Virus record (IMG/VR): IMGVR_UViG_3300037507_001618
Coordinates: 1 to 40,568 of that record
Source of the DNA: a virus
Taxonomy: Duplodnaviria > Caudoviricetes
Direction: 5' to 3' (one strand)
Length of the DNA: 40,568 bases
Part shown: in pieces, positions 1 through 7,700 of the stretch
How the letters are laid out: every line of letters begins with the position of its first letter
Numbering within the stretch: the stretch's first letter is position 1
Notes under the pieces: generated by a model
Told to the model about the DNA's origin: nothing
What the model saw: only the letters and a program-made list of their open reading frames with translations
The model's database searches: none
Position numbers and translations under genes: made by a program

Positions 1-271
1 AACGAACCAAATAGATTCTTTCGTAAGGAGTTCTCTCATCAAGAACATCTCTCAGAGCATTATAGAGTGTAATGAAAGTTTTACCTGTTCCTGCACAACC
101 ATAAGCAATCAAGTGCTTTTGAGCAGCGTAAGATTCAAAAAGTTTTCTCTGATTTTCTGTGAGAGGATCAATATCAATCAGATAATCAGAACTTAATGGT
201 TTTTTACGCTTCATTTGACGAGTAGTAAGACCAACCCCGATTGGTTGCTCTGCTCTTTTTCTTCTTGCCAT
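1..271 (-). CDS. phoH: PhoH-family ATPase, N-terminal part (runs off the left edge)
   Basis: Not in the ORF track. Translated by hand from ATG at 271: MARRKRAEQPIGVGLTTRQMKRKKP...DPLTENQKKLF...IAYGCAGTGKTFITLY...IYLVR. Contains a Walker A motif and the typical cyanophage PhoH N-terminus. Confidence 0.92.
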   Translation of the reverse strand, partial: MARRKRAEQPIGVGLTTRQMKRKKPLSSDYLIDIDPLTENQRKLFESYAAQKHLIAYGCAGTGKTFITLYNALRDVLDERTPYERIYLVR

Positions 272-272
272 A

Positions 273-521
273 TTAGAGTTTTTTAACGGTTGAACCTGGT
301 GCCTTACTGGCTTTTTCTAATACATCATTCCACCCAGGATTGCGATTGATAAGCTTATTTCTCCACTCACCCACCTCTCCAGGAGAAGGGCAAGTAGAAG
401 GATCAGACCAATCACGGATCCAATCAGTGTTGTCTTTTTTCCACTGGTCCCAGTCGTGGATACTCATTTCCACTTCTTTCTGTTCACCAGTTTTTGTATT
501 GACTACAGGATATACAGGCAT
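273..521 (-). CDS. conserved cyanophage hypothetical protein (82 aa)
   Basis: Clean ORF (MPVYPVVNTKTGE...) packed between thyX and phoH. Confidence 0.8.
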   Translation of the reverse strand: MPVYPVVNTKTGEQKEVEMSIHDWDQWKKDNTDWIRDWSDPSTCPSPGEVGEWRNKLINRNPGWNDVLEKASKAPGSTVKKL

Positions 522-547
522 AAAGTTACGAATTCAAGATAATTTAT

Positions 548-1183
548 TTAGACCCACTCAAGAGCTTCGGCAACCGTTGGAAACTGTTCGGAAAACACTT
601 TCTTACATTCCAGAGCAATGTCCATATGCTCTTTCTGAGTTCCATTTGCAGAACGAAGATTGATGTAATGAATCCAACTACGGCAAGAACCCGTCATATA
701 AATGCGCGTAGGGGTCGCCAGAGGCAGCACAAAGCGAGCACACTCCTTAGCAACACCGTGATCCAGAAGTTCCTTGTAGAGGCGCATAGAGTGTGCAAAA
801 TGCTCTTGAATCTTGCTCTGAAGACTCAGTTTTTCATATTCACCAAGATCATCAATCGAGTTCTGACGATTCTTGGTGTCCTGACGGCGAAGGTCAGGAA
901 CGGGAACATAATCACTCAGCAAAGAAGAATCGGCATACCGCTGCGAAAACTCTTGAAATGTGAAACTACGGTGGCGAAGAATTTGTGCTGCAATGCCACG
1001 ATTCGTTTCAATCTCCAAACTCATAGAAGATTGCTCAAACACAGACCAATGATTGTGCTTAATACAATAACGTAGCAAACCCGCATAGTTTTCAGAATCT
1101 TGATTCGCTGGATTAGAAACTCTAGCAATATATGCCATTGTTTGTTCTGCATCGGGAGTCACACTGATAAGTTTTACGGTCAT
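548..1183 (-). CDS. thyX: FAD-dependent thymidylate synthase ThyX
   Basis: ThyX signature RHRSFTFQEFSQRY, plus HWSVFEQ and KECARFVLP. Confidence 0.97.
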   Translation of the reverse strand: MTVKLISVTPDAEQTMAYIARVSNPANQDSENYAGLLRYCIKHNHWSVFEQSSMSLEIETNRGIAAQILRHRSFTFQEFSQRYADSSLLSDYVPVPDLRRQDTKNRQNSIDDLGEYEKLSLQSKIQEHFAHSMRLYKELLDHGVAKECARFVLPLATPTRIYMTGSCRSWIHYINLRSANGTQKEHMDIALECKKVFSEQFPTVAEALEWV

Positions 1184-1347
1184 TTCTTTCCAAATCCTTT
1201 TGATGTTTTTGCTTCAAGTTCTGCGAGTTCTTCTTTAAGAGTTCGCAGTTGTGCTTTCATTTCTTTAATTTTTTCATCGGTGTAAAGATGATCTTGCTTC
1301 ACCAATCGTTCTAAAAGTTTAATAAGTTCTCGTGCTCTACTAGTCAT
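1180..1347 (-). CDS. small hypothetical protein (55 aa, coiled-coil-like)
   Basis: Hand-read MTSRARELIKLLERLVKQDHLY...KTSKGFGKK*. The stop overlaps the thyX start (ATGA). Confidence 0.75.
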   Translation of the reverse strand: MTSRARELIKLLERLVKQDHLYTDEKIKEMKAQLRTLKEELAELEAKTSKGFGKK

Positions 1348-1513
1348 CTAAATCAGAATCCTCAAAAATTTCATCGTAATCTAAAATTGGTCTTTTTCTG
1401 ACTTCTGGTTCTGTATAAGAATACGCAGAAGTATCAGAATACACTTCTGCTTTCAGATTATCAACCAAGAGTTCAAGATTACGGACAATCAGTTTTAGTT
1501 TGTCTCTGTCCAT
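1340..1513 (-). CDS. small acidic hypothetical protein (57 aa)
   Basis: Hand-read MDRDKLKLIVRNLELLVDNLKAEVYSD...DYDEIFEDSDLDD*. Overlaps the next start by 8 nt. Confidence 0.75.
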   Translation of the reverse strand: MDRDKLKLIVRNLELLVDNLKAEVYSDTSAYSYTEPEVRKRPILDYDEIFEDSDLDD

Positions 1514-1534
1514 AGAATACTTTTCACTCAGCGT

Positions 1535-1563
1535 ATCATAACATAAAAAAAGGGGGGAATCAA
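1535..1563 (-). promoter_or_regulatory. sigma70-type promoter overlapping the terminator
   Basis: TTGATT(1563-1558)-17 nt-TATGAT(1540-1535), with an extended -10 TG. Lies upstream of the 57-aa/55-aa/thyX/phoH genes. Confidence 0.55.
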
Positions 1564-1570
1564 CCCCCCG
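1545..1570 (-). terminator. intrinsic terminator
   Basis: Minus strand GGGGGG-TTGATT-CCCCCC followed by T7. Confidence 0.85.
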
Positions 1571-1573
1571 ATT

Positions 1574-1657
1574 TTATTTGAATAAAAATTGAATATAAAG
1601 AGACAATAAAGTAATTACAACCGCACAACCTGCGGTAATTTGTAATACTGCGAACAT
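1574..1657 (-). CDS. 27-aa hydrophobic micro-protein (single TM-like helix)
   Basis: MFAVLQITAGCAVVITLLSLYIQFLFK*. TGATG overlap with the upstream ORF; ends just before the terminator. Confidence 0.5.
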   Translation of the reverse strand: MFAVLQITAGCAVVITLLSLYIQFLFK

Positions 1658-1755
1658 CACTTTGCTCCAACGAGTTGTGCTAATTGTGCCTGATGACGAC
1701 GCTCTTCTTTTTGTTTTTGTTCTTTGATGAGTTGTAGGAAGTTTAGCTTTTGCAT
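1657..1755 (-). CDS. 32-aa basic, Gln-rich micro-protein
   Basis: MQKLNFLQLIKEQKQKEERRHQAQLAQLVGAK*. TGATG coupling on both sides, with AAGGAGG upstream. Confidence 0.6.
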   Translation of the reverse strand: MQKLNFLQLIKEQKQKEERRHQAQLAQLVGAK

Positions 1756-1892
1756 CACTTGTGTCCCTCCTTTACAAACTTAACACCACGATAGGTTTCG
1801 TTGTATTGTTGGGCTTGTTGTTGCATTTGCTGTTGGTATTCAATACGCTTTTGAGTATCGTATTCAACACCTCTGTAAACGACTTTAGACAT
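1755..1892 (-). CDS. DUF4278-like small protein (45 aa)
   Basis: MSKVVYRGVEYDT...NETYRGVKFVKEGHK* has the duplicated YRGV motif of DUF4278. SD AAGGAG upstream; sits downstream of a glutamine-riboswitch motif, the established context for this family. Confidence 0.85.
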   Translation of the reverse strand: MSKVVYRGVEYDTQKRIEYQQQMQQQAQQYNETYRGVKFVKEGHK

Positions 1893-1924
1893 TAGGTTTT
1901 CTCCTTAATTTTGAGGCTAAAGAG

Positions 1925-2093
1925 CGTTCCTTCAGTCGGCTTTTGCGTCTATTTTGCACTCTTTTGGAGTAATCTGTTTAATCTCCCAAATCAAATCATT
2001 CTTTGCTTGTTTTGGAATATCAACTCTATAAACTCTCCCAACCATTAACTGTGCTTGTAGGCAAGTTAAAATGAGTGTTTCCATAGATGAACG
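1925..2093 (-). ncRNA. glutamine riboswitch-like aptamer 2 (Downstream-peptide/glutamine-II type) with ~130-nt expanded P2 loop
   Basis: 5' strand CGTTCA-TCTAT (2093-2083); 3' strand ATAGA-CGCAAAAGCCGACTGAAGGAACG (1952-1925). P1 = CGTTC/GAACG, P2 = TCTAT/ATAGA. Confidence 0.75.
1932..2084 (-). CDS. 50-aa two-Cys protein nested in aptamer 2
   Basis: METLILTCLQAQLMV...KECKIDAKAD* from ATG 2084. The ORF track extends it to a GTG at 2138. Confidence 0.65.
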   Translation of the reverse strand: METLILTCLQAQLMVGRVYRVDIPKQAKNDLIWEIKQITPKECKIDAKAD

Positions 2094-2096
2094 ATC

Positions 2097-2348
2097 CGTT
2101 CCGAGTCGGCTTACTTCCGTCCTATTCAGTTTTAGCACTTAAGTCTCACAACATCCTTTCGGAGTTCTGATAGCAATCGGTCTTCTTTTCTTTGGTCTAC
2201 TACATCGTCGTTTTTAACGATGTCCATTAGTTCCCACGCTGCGTCGCAACTTATTGTCACCTGATTGGATTTAGCAAGTTGAGGCGTAGAGATAGAAAGA
2301 AGTGGAACCCATGCTAAAAGCAAAAGTGCTTTAGTCATAGGATGAACG
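2097..2348 (-). ncRNA. glutamine riboswitch-like aptamer 1 (glnA-like) with ~210-nt expanded P2 loop
   Basis: 5' strand CGTTCA-TCCTAT (2348-2337); 3' strand ATAGGA-CGGAAGTAAGCCGACTCGGAACG (2125-2097). CGGAAGTA matches the glnA motif; 3-nt linker to aptamer 2. Confidence 0.7.
2132..2338 (-). CDS. 68-aa two-Cys protein with signal-peptide-like N-terminus, nested in aptamer 1
   Basis: ORF track. Hydrophobic N-terminus, then SCDAAWEL...RLKC. Confidence 0.65.
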   Translation of the reverse strand: MTKALLLLAWVPLLSISTPQLAKSNQVTISCDAAWELMDIVKNDDVVDQRKEDRLLSELRKDVVRLKC

Positions 2349-2358
2349 TTAGAGGACT

Positions 2359-2388
2359 ATTATACCTCTATTCATTCTATATAGTCAA
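2359..2388 (-). promoter_or_regulatory. sigma70-type promoter for the riboswitch unit
   Basis: TTGACT(2388-2383)-18 nt-TATAAT(2364-2359). The predicted start site falls a few nt before aptamer 1. Confidence 0.8.
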
Positions 2389-2395
2389 GTATGTG

Positions 2396-2411
2396 TGTAT
2401 TTCCTGATACA
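2396..2411. promoter_or_regulatory. putative NtcA binding box
   Basis: TGTA-TTTCCTGA-TACA matches the TGTA-N8-TACA consensus, 7 nt upstream of the -35 element. Confidence 0.55.
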
Positions 2412-2470
2412 ATTTTAAAAACCTTCACGCGGGAAAATTTTGCCGGAAAAATTTCCCCCGATCTGGGAAA

Positions 2471-2809
2471 TCACTTACGCTTTTTCTTTTCGGGCGATTT
2501 ATATCCCCAGAGTTTTGGATTAACTCTACCGTATCCAAAGTCAATACTCTTTAGATTTTCACGAAACTTATCCCAGTACATATCAAACAATTTGATTCTA
2601 GTGCCTCGGGTAAGGTCATAGCACACTTCATCATCAACCATATACTTTATGATATAAGCATCGTTAGGAGCTTCTTTGGTGCGAACATCAGCATATGAAC
2701 CATTTTCAATCATAATCTCACAACCGTAGCGTGACTTACAAGTTTCTCTTTCTGCTGATGTCCAATGGTCCATGTGCTTTTCCTGTGTTTTTTCAACAAC
2801 TTGACTCAC
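2471..2809 (-). CDS. conserved cyanophage hypothetical protein
   Basis: Intact 112-aa ORF with ATGA overlap with the upstream gene. Confidence 0.8.
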   Translation of the reverse strand: MSQVVEKTQEKHMDHWTSAERETCKSRYGCEIMIENGSYADVRTKEAPNDAYIIKYMVDDEVCYDLTRGTRIKLFDMYWDKFRENLKSIDFGYGRVNPKLWGYKSPEKKKRK

Positions 2810-3420
2810 GAACGTCCTCCCCAGGTAATATCTGGATAAGCTTCAGAAACAATTTCTTTTGTAATCTTATACTTTTCTTCAAGTTTTTTATCTTTTATAA
2901 GACAAACAATTTCTGCTTCAAGTGGGTGAAGTCCTTGGAGAAGATTAATGAACATCGATTCTCTACGAATATTATTTAACCCATCATTACCACCTTTGAT
3001 AAAGTGATAGAAATTCTTGTATTCTTTACGAATTGTAGTATGCCCTTGCTTGTCACTAGAACCTAAAGAGAAGGATCCAGTTTCGTGCATTCTACGAACT
3101 TCATCTGTAATCTTTGTAGAGAGATTGCCAGAGTGAACAGTTTGGTCTTCAAATGCAGAGTATGGTACTGGTCCCTCAGGCAGCATTGAAATTACACTCT
3201 CATCAAAATTCCAAATCATAATCGCTTTGATTGAAAAATCCTCATATTTTTTGAGGACTTCTACCTTTTTAGCGTTAGATCTTTGACGAGAAACGAGATC
3301 TAATACTTCAAAAATAAAAGGATTCTTTGGTAGATTATCGACCACTGGAGCAGAAGTAGTTTTCTTTGCTTGAACTACTTTTGCTTTCGCTGTCGTCTTT
3401 TTTGTTGTTGTCGTAGTCAT
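2806..3420 (-). CDS. conserved T4-like phage hypothetical protein (204 aa)
   Basis: Motifs LPEGPVPY, RRESMFINLLQGLHPLEAE resemble a conserved myophage family. Late-type CTAAATA at 3451-3457. Confidence 0.8.
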   Translation of the reverse strand: MTTTTTKKTTAKAKVVQAKKTTSAPVVDNLPKNPFIFEVLDLVSRQRSNAKKVEVLKKYEDFSIKAIMIWNFDESVISMLPEGPVPYSAFEDQTVHSGNLSTKITDEVRRMHETGSFSLGSSDKQGHTTIRKEYKNFYHFIKGGNDGLNNIRRESMFINLLQGLHPLEAEIVCLIKDKKLEEKYKITKEIVSEAYPDITWGGRS

Positions 3421-3457
3421 ATGAATTCAAAATCTAAAATGATTATACAGTATTTAG

Positions 3458-3688
3458 TTATTCTTCCTCATCTTCATCTTCATAGTCGTCAAAGTAATCA
3501 GGATTAAAACTGATTGCTAGAACTTCGTCAGGAATTACATTGCCTTTGCTGTCAAAGAATTCTGGATGAAGTTTTGGACGATCCTGATAATTCATCATAT
3601 ATTCTCTGGCAACCCAACCAGTTACAACTCCCACTATAAGAAACAATACAGTTAAGAAACAACCGAAAACTAAACTAGTTGCTAACAT
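3458..3688 (-). CDS. small membrane protein, hypothetical
   Basis: N-terminal TM helix, HPEFFD motif, acidic tail. Confidence 0.75.
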   Translation of the reverse strand: MLATSLVFGCFLTVLFLIVGVVTGWVAREYMMNYQDRPKLHPEFFDSKGNVIPDEVLAISFNPDYFDDYEDEDEEE

Positions 3689-3926
3689 TTCTTTTTCTCC
3701 GGGAAACTACTTTTCTTTTCCTTGACTTAAAGGAAAATTCAAAATAGATGGTTACTTCCCGATTTAGAAAGCAAACCATCTTCTCAAAGATGATGTGGAA
3801 CGGTTGAGTTTGCTTTCTTTTACCTCCATGAAGAATAAGTTCAATACCACGATTTCTGTGGTCTTCCTTTTTATTTAGGTTAGGACTTGATGATTTGTTG
3901 TTCCTTGAGGAATTTGATTGTGTCAA
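3675..3926 (-). CDS. hypothetical protein (start uncertain)
   Basis: ORF filling the gap between glutaredoxin and the TM protein, overlapping both. Confidence 0.55.
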   Translation of the reverse strand: MTQSNSSRNNKSSSPNLNKKEDHRNRGIELILHGGKRKQTQPFHIIFEKMVCFLNREVTIYFEFSFKSRKRKVVSRRKRNVSN

Positions 3927-4122
3927 CGGATCCTCCTAATTTCTTATCATCACAAATAACTTGTGGAAATGTAGCACCATTACCAAACTCAGCATAGAAC
4001 TCATCTCTGGTAAAATGCTCATTCAAATTATAAACCACAAAGTTACTGTTTGTCAACTCCAATACTTGCTTGACCTTATAGCAATAAGGGCAATCTTCTT
4101 TAGAATATACTGTGAAATTCAT
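3880..4122 (-). CDS. glutaredoxin (NrdC/Grx-like)
   Basis: VYSKEDCPYC active site, TFPQV cis-Pro loop, LGG motif. Confidence 0.93.
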   Translation of the reverse strand: MNFTVYSKEDCPYCYKVKQVLELTNSNFVVYNLNEHFTRDEFYAEFGNGATFPQVICDDKKLGGSVDTIKFLKEQQIIKS

Positions 4123-4155
4123 AAGTTTCTTAAGATTTATAGTAATTTATAATAG

Positions 4156-4181
4156 AAAAAAGGAGGGTATAAAACCCTCCT
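4156..4181 (-). terminator. intrinsic terminator
   Basis: AGGAGGGT-TTTAT-ACCCTCCT followed by a T run. Confidence 0.85.
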
Positions 4182-4254
4182 CGGTAACCACCAACTCACC
4201 TCTCCCACCACAGAGAGGGTCTTCATTCCCAAAGATACAAGGATGTTGAAGACC
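4156..4254 (-). ncRNA. candidate ~100-nt structured small RNA
   Basis: Lies between a consensus promoter and a terminator; GC-richer than its flanks; three hairpins plus the terminator; no credible ORF. Confidence 0.6.
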
Positions 4255-4259
4255 TTGAT

Positions 4260-4288
4260 ATTATAAGGGGTTTTGATTCAGGTGTCAA
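4260..4288 (-). promoter_or_regulatory. perfect sigma70 consensus promoter
   Basis: TTGACA(4288-4283)-17 nt-TATAAT(4265-4260). Confidence 0.88.
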
Positions 4289-4779
4289 GTCCAATCTTCA
4301 GGAACGGGAATACCCATTTCTGCAGCAACTTGCATCATATCTTCCGCTGTATCAATTTCAACTTCATTTGGATCTGGTTCCACTGGATCTGGTTCTGGAT
4401 GAATCAAATATCCAACATCAGAGTATGGTCGATCTGGAGTATAAGTAATTGTTTCTTTTAAGTTTTGAAGATGTCTTTCGTGGTAAATTTCATATTCGTA
4501 TTTTGTTTCAACTGGATCAGTATCAGGAATATTGTATTTTACGATTCTTTCTTTTACCCAATCTAAAATTTGCTCTTCTGTAAGTTCATTAAACGGTGTA
4601 AAATGATCTGGATCAATTGTTTTTATGTCTAAAATGACAGATCCTGGAGTGGTTATAGTAAGATAAGAAGGATTATCAGAGTCAGTGGATGTTATTTGGA
4701 ACAAAACTTTATAGACAGTTCCTCCAGTATCAAGATACTTATTAACACTTGTAACATGCCAGTTATGTGCAATTGCCAT
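4285..4779 (-). CDS. tail-fibre-associated hypothetical protein
   Basis: FTPFNELTEEQILDWVK motif seen in small proteins following fibre genes; directly downstream of the giant protein. Confidence 0.7.
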   Translation of the reverse strand: MAIAHNWHVTSVNKYLDTGGTVYKVLFQITSTDSDNPSYLTITTPGSVILDIKTIDPDHFTPFNELTEEQILDWVKERIVKYNIPDTDPVETKYEYEIYHERHLQNLKETITYTPDRPYSDVGYLIHPEPDPVEPDPNEVEIDTAEDMMQVAAEMGIPVPEDWT

Positions 4780-4780
4780 T

Positions 4781-7700
4781 TTAGTTAATACCTGAGATAT
4801 AAATTTGACCGTTTTCTGTGACTACGGTGTATTTAGGATCGGTAGTAATACCATTGTAGGCAACATCTGTCACATTTCCATTAAATCCATTTGAAACACT
4901 CCAATTAAATCCATCTGTGGTAAATCCAACATAACCACCAGTAGCAATACCAATCAGATATTGTGGTGTTTTTACAAATTTATTGACCGGATTGTTTCCA
5001 AAGTATGATGGATGTTTATTAGAAGACTCATAATAATTTAATCCATATGTAGAATTAAATGGTGCAGAGAATACAATACTATTAGGATCATTTGCAGCAC
5101 TTACATAAGACGTTGGAGGACTAAAGGTGACTCCAATTCCTGATGCTGATGAATTATATTTCGCAAGATCATACATTCTTAAGTCTTGAACATATCCATA
5201 ATGCGATTGCGAATTACCTAATCTGGAACCAATGTAAAGTGGTCTCACACCAGAATATGCTGGATTTGCCGTGAATGTAGTAATTCCAACACCGTTTCGA
5301 TAAAGTCTAAAGGTTGATCCTTTTTTCTCTACTGCTAAGTGAGCCCAGGTATTATTAGAAACTGATCCAAATGACTGACCATTGGAAATATTCCAACTAC
5401 CTCCGTCAGTAGAAGAATAATAATACCAAAATCCGTTATATCTGTAAATTAGATGATCTGCAACTGCCGCACTAACACCGGAAGAAACGACCCACCTTCC
5501 CGACCCACCACCAGCATCTAAAGCATTAAACCAACCTTCAATTGTAAAGTCTCCAGTTCCAAGATTAGCAAAAGGATCAATTGAGACTATTAGATTATCA
5601 GTAGTGCCATCAAAGTAAGCACTCGATCCACCATAAGCAGATGATGCTGTCGAAACAACTGTGTCGCCTGTAATAGTGTTAAAGGTTGATATAGTGAGTC
5701 TATTGGTAGAGAATCCGACAGAAGTAAGACCACTTAATGAATCATCAGTATAGAACAATTGTCCGCGTTTGTTTGCAATCACATTTACAGTTCCAATACC
5801 ACCCACCGCGCTGACAGATGTTAGTCCGACAAATGCTGTTTTAGCAGTTCCTACAGGTGTTGTGTAGTAAATAATAGATGTTGCTCCATCCACAGCACCA
5901 GTAAATGGCGCGGCAAACATTACAGATCCTTTGTAAGGGTCTGTTGCAATATCATATTGTGTCGATGGTGGTGTAAAATTAGATGTATATTTTGCAACAC
6001 CATTGTAGAAAATAAAGTCATTTATATTACCAGCCCAGTTGCCACCTGCCCATTGTGGAGCACCAATTCTAAAAGTATCATTAGCAGGATTGAATGTTCC
6101 AGCACCACCGGTAGTTAAAACTGACCCAACACCATCAACATAATAAGTCACTGTAGATCCATTTCTCACCAGAGCATGATGTTTCCAAGTATTTAATGTT
6201 TGATCTACAGATCCACTGCCACCTACACCGCCAGAACCACCAGTCAAATACCATGTATCACCTCTATTTAAAATAGAGTCGGAGTAGGTGCCCCATTCAA
6301 AACCAATAAATCCATAGGTAGTTCCTGTTCTATACTGCCACCATTCCATCGTATAATCTCCAGCAACAGTATTAGTAAATGCTGCCTGAACATAACTTGT
6401 CTGGTTTCCTGTTGGTTTTATCCATAAAGATCCGTTGCCAAACTTACTTTGACCTGTGCTTATTGCTGCACCAACATTAGTAAAGGTGGACGTTCCTGCC
6501 ACACCCGCATTTCTATTTGAAGTATAAGAAACAAAATCAGTTGTAATACCAAGAATGTTGGCATTCGTGCTTGCTATGGATACTATGAATTTATTGCTCG
6601 ATGTAATGCCGATACTTTCAAAATTTCTACCAATGTTTCCATCAAGGATACTGGAAACAAACGTTCCCCTATCAGACCATTCAAGACCATTTGTAGATAT
6701 ACCAAGTTCAGCAACAGAAGAACCATTTGATCCTAAAACATAATAACCATTCGTATAAATTCCCACTCGAATATCATTGAGTCCAAAAATATTATAAATT
6801 GACTGTCCAATACCTACAGCAGTAAAGTCAGTTCCTCTATATGATTCTTCACGGAAGTTGCGAACATTAATATTATTTGTGCTATAACCAACAAATCCTC
6901 GATCGCCATAATAAACATAAGAATTATCACCTTTTAAAATTCCTCTTATTTTTCTATGTCTGTAAGCTGGTGTTGTAAGATCTCCAATAGTATAATAAGG
7001 GACATTAAAAACATTTAATCCAACAGTCCCAATTCCAGCAGTTGCAAAACCAACTTTACTAAAGTCTCCAGTATATGTTGAGGTTGAAGAATTAATATAT
7101 TGAAGTTGTAATCGAAGACCAGAAGCCAAATCACGAGCAATATATTTGATTGGATAGTATGTTGAAGTGCTAAGAGATTGTGTTGTAAAATATCTGGTTT
7201 GATTATAAACTGTGGATGTAACTGGAGATCCATCAAACCAAAATGTCCCATTAAGATAAGAATACATTGAAAATGTATGAATACCAGATACCGTTGGTTT
7301 AAAATAACCCTCAATTGTGGTGTTCCAAGAATAAACATTACCAGAAGTATCAGTTAATCTTGGATAATAATTACTTAAGTTAGTGACATAATCTTTTCCT
7401 GTAATGTAATAGTTGTCAATCATTTTTGTATAATTACCATCTTCACAATTTGAGAAGAATGCAATTTTATCTCTAAATGAACTTATACCAATACTCAACT
7501 GTGATGTTGGTGGTGTAAAGTTCGTTGTATAACCACAGTATCCATTATAGATTCGAATATCATCTAGATAATAATTTGAAGCGCCTGGACTGTATCCATC
7601 AGCACGAGCACCAAAAGATCTACCATAGGTGCTGTTTGAAACATATGATACTGAATCTGTATAACTAAAAGTTTCTGTTCCATCCCAGAATAGTCTTGTG

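Noticed and set aside
2085-2138. GTG at 2138 as the start of the 1932 ORF
   Set aside because: ATG 2084 mirrors the position of the ORF1 start in the aptamer, and the extension just translates RNA-motif sequence. A coupled longer form is not fully excluded.
4148-4192. Short GTG-started peptide after GAGGTGA inside the candidate sRNA
   Set aside because: Only about 14 codons, runs through the terminator, and has poor SD spacing.
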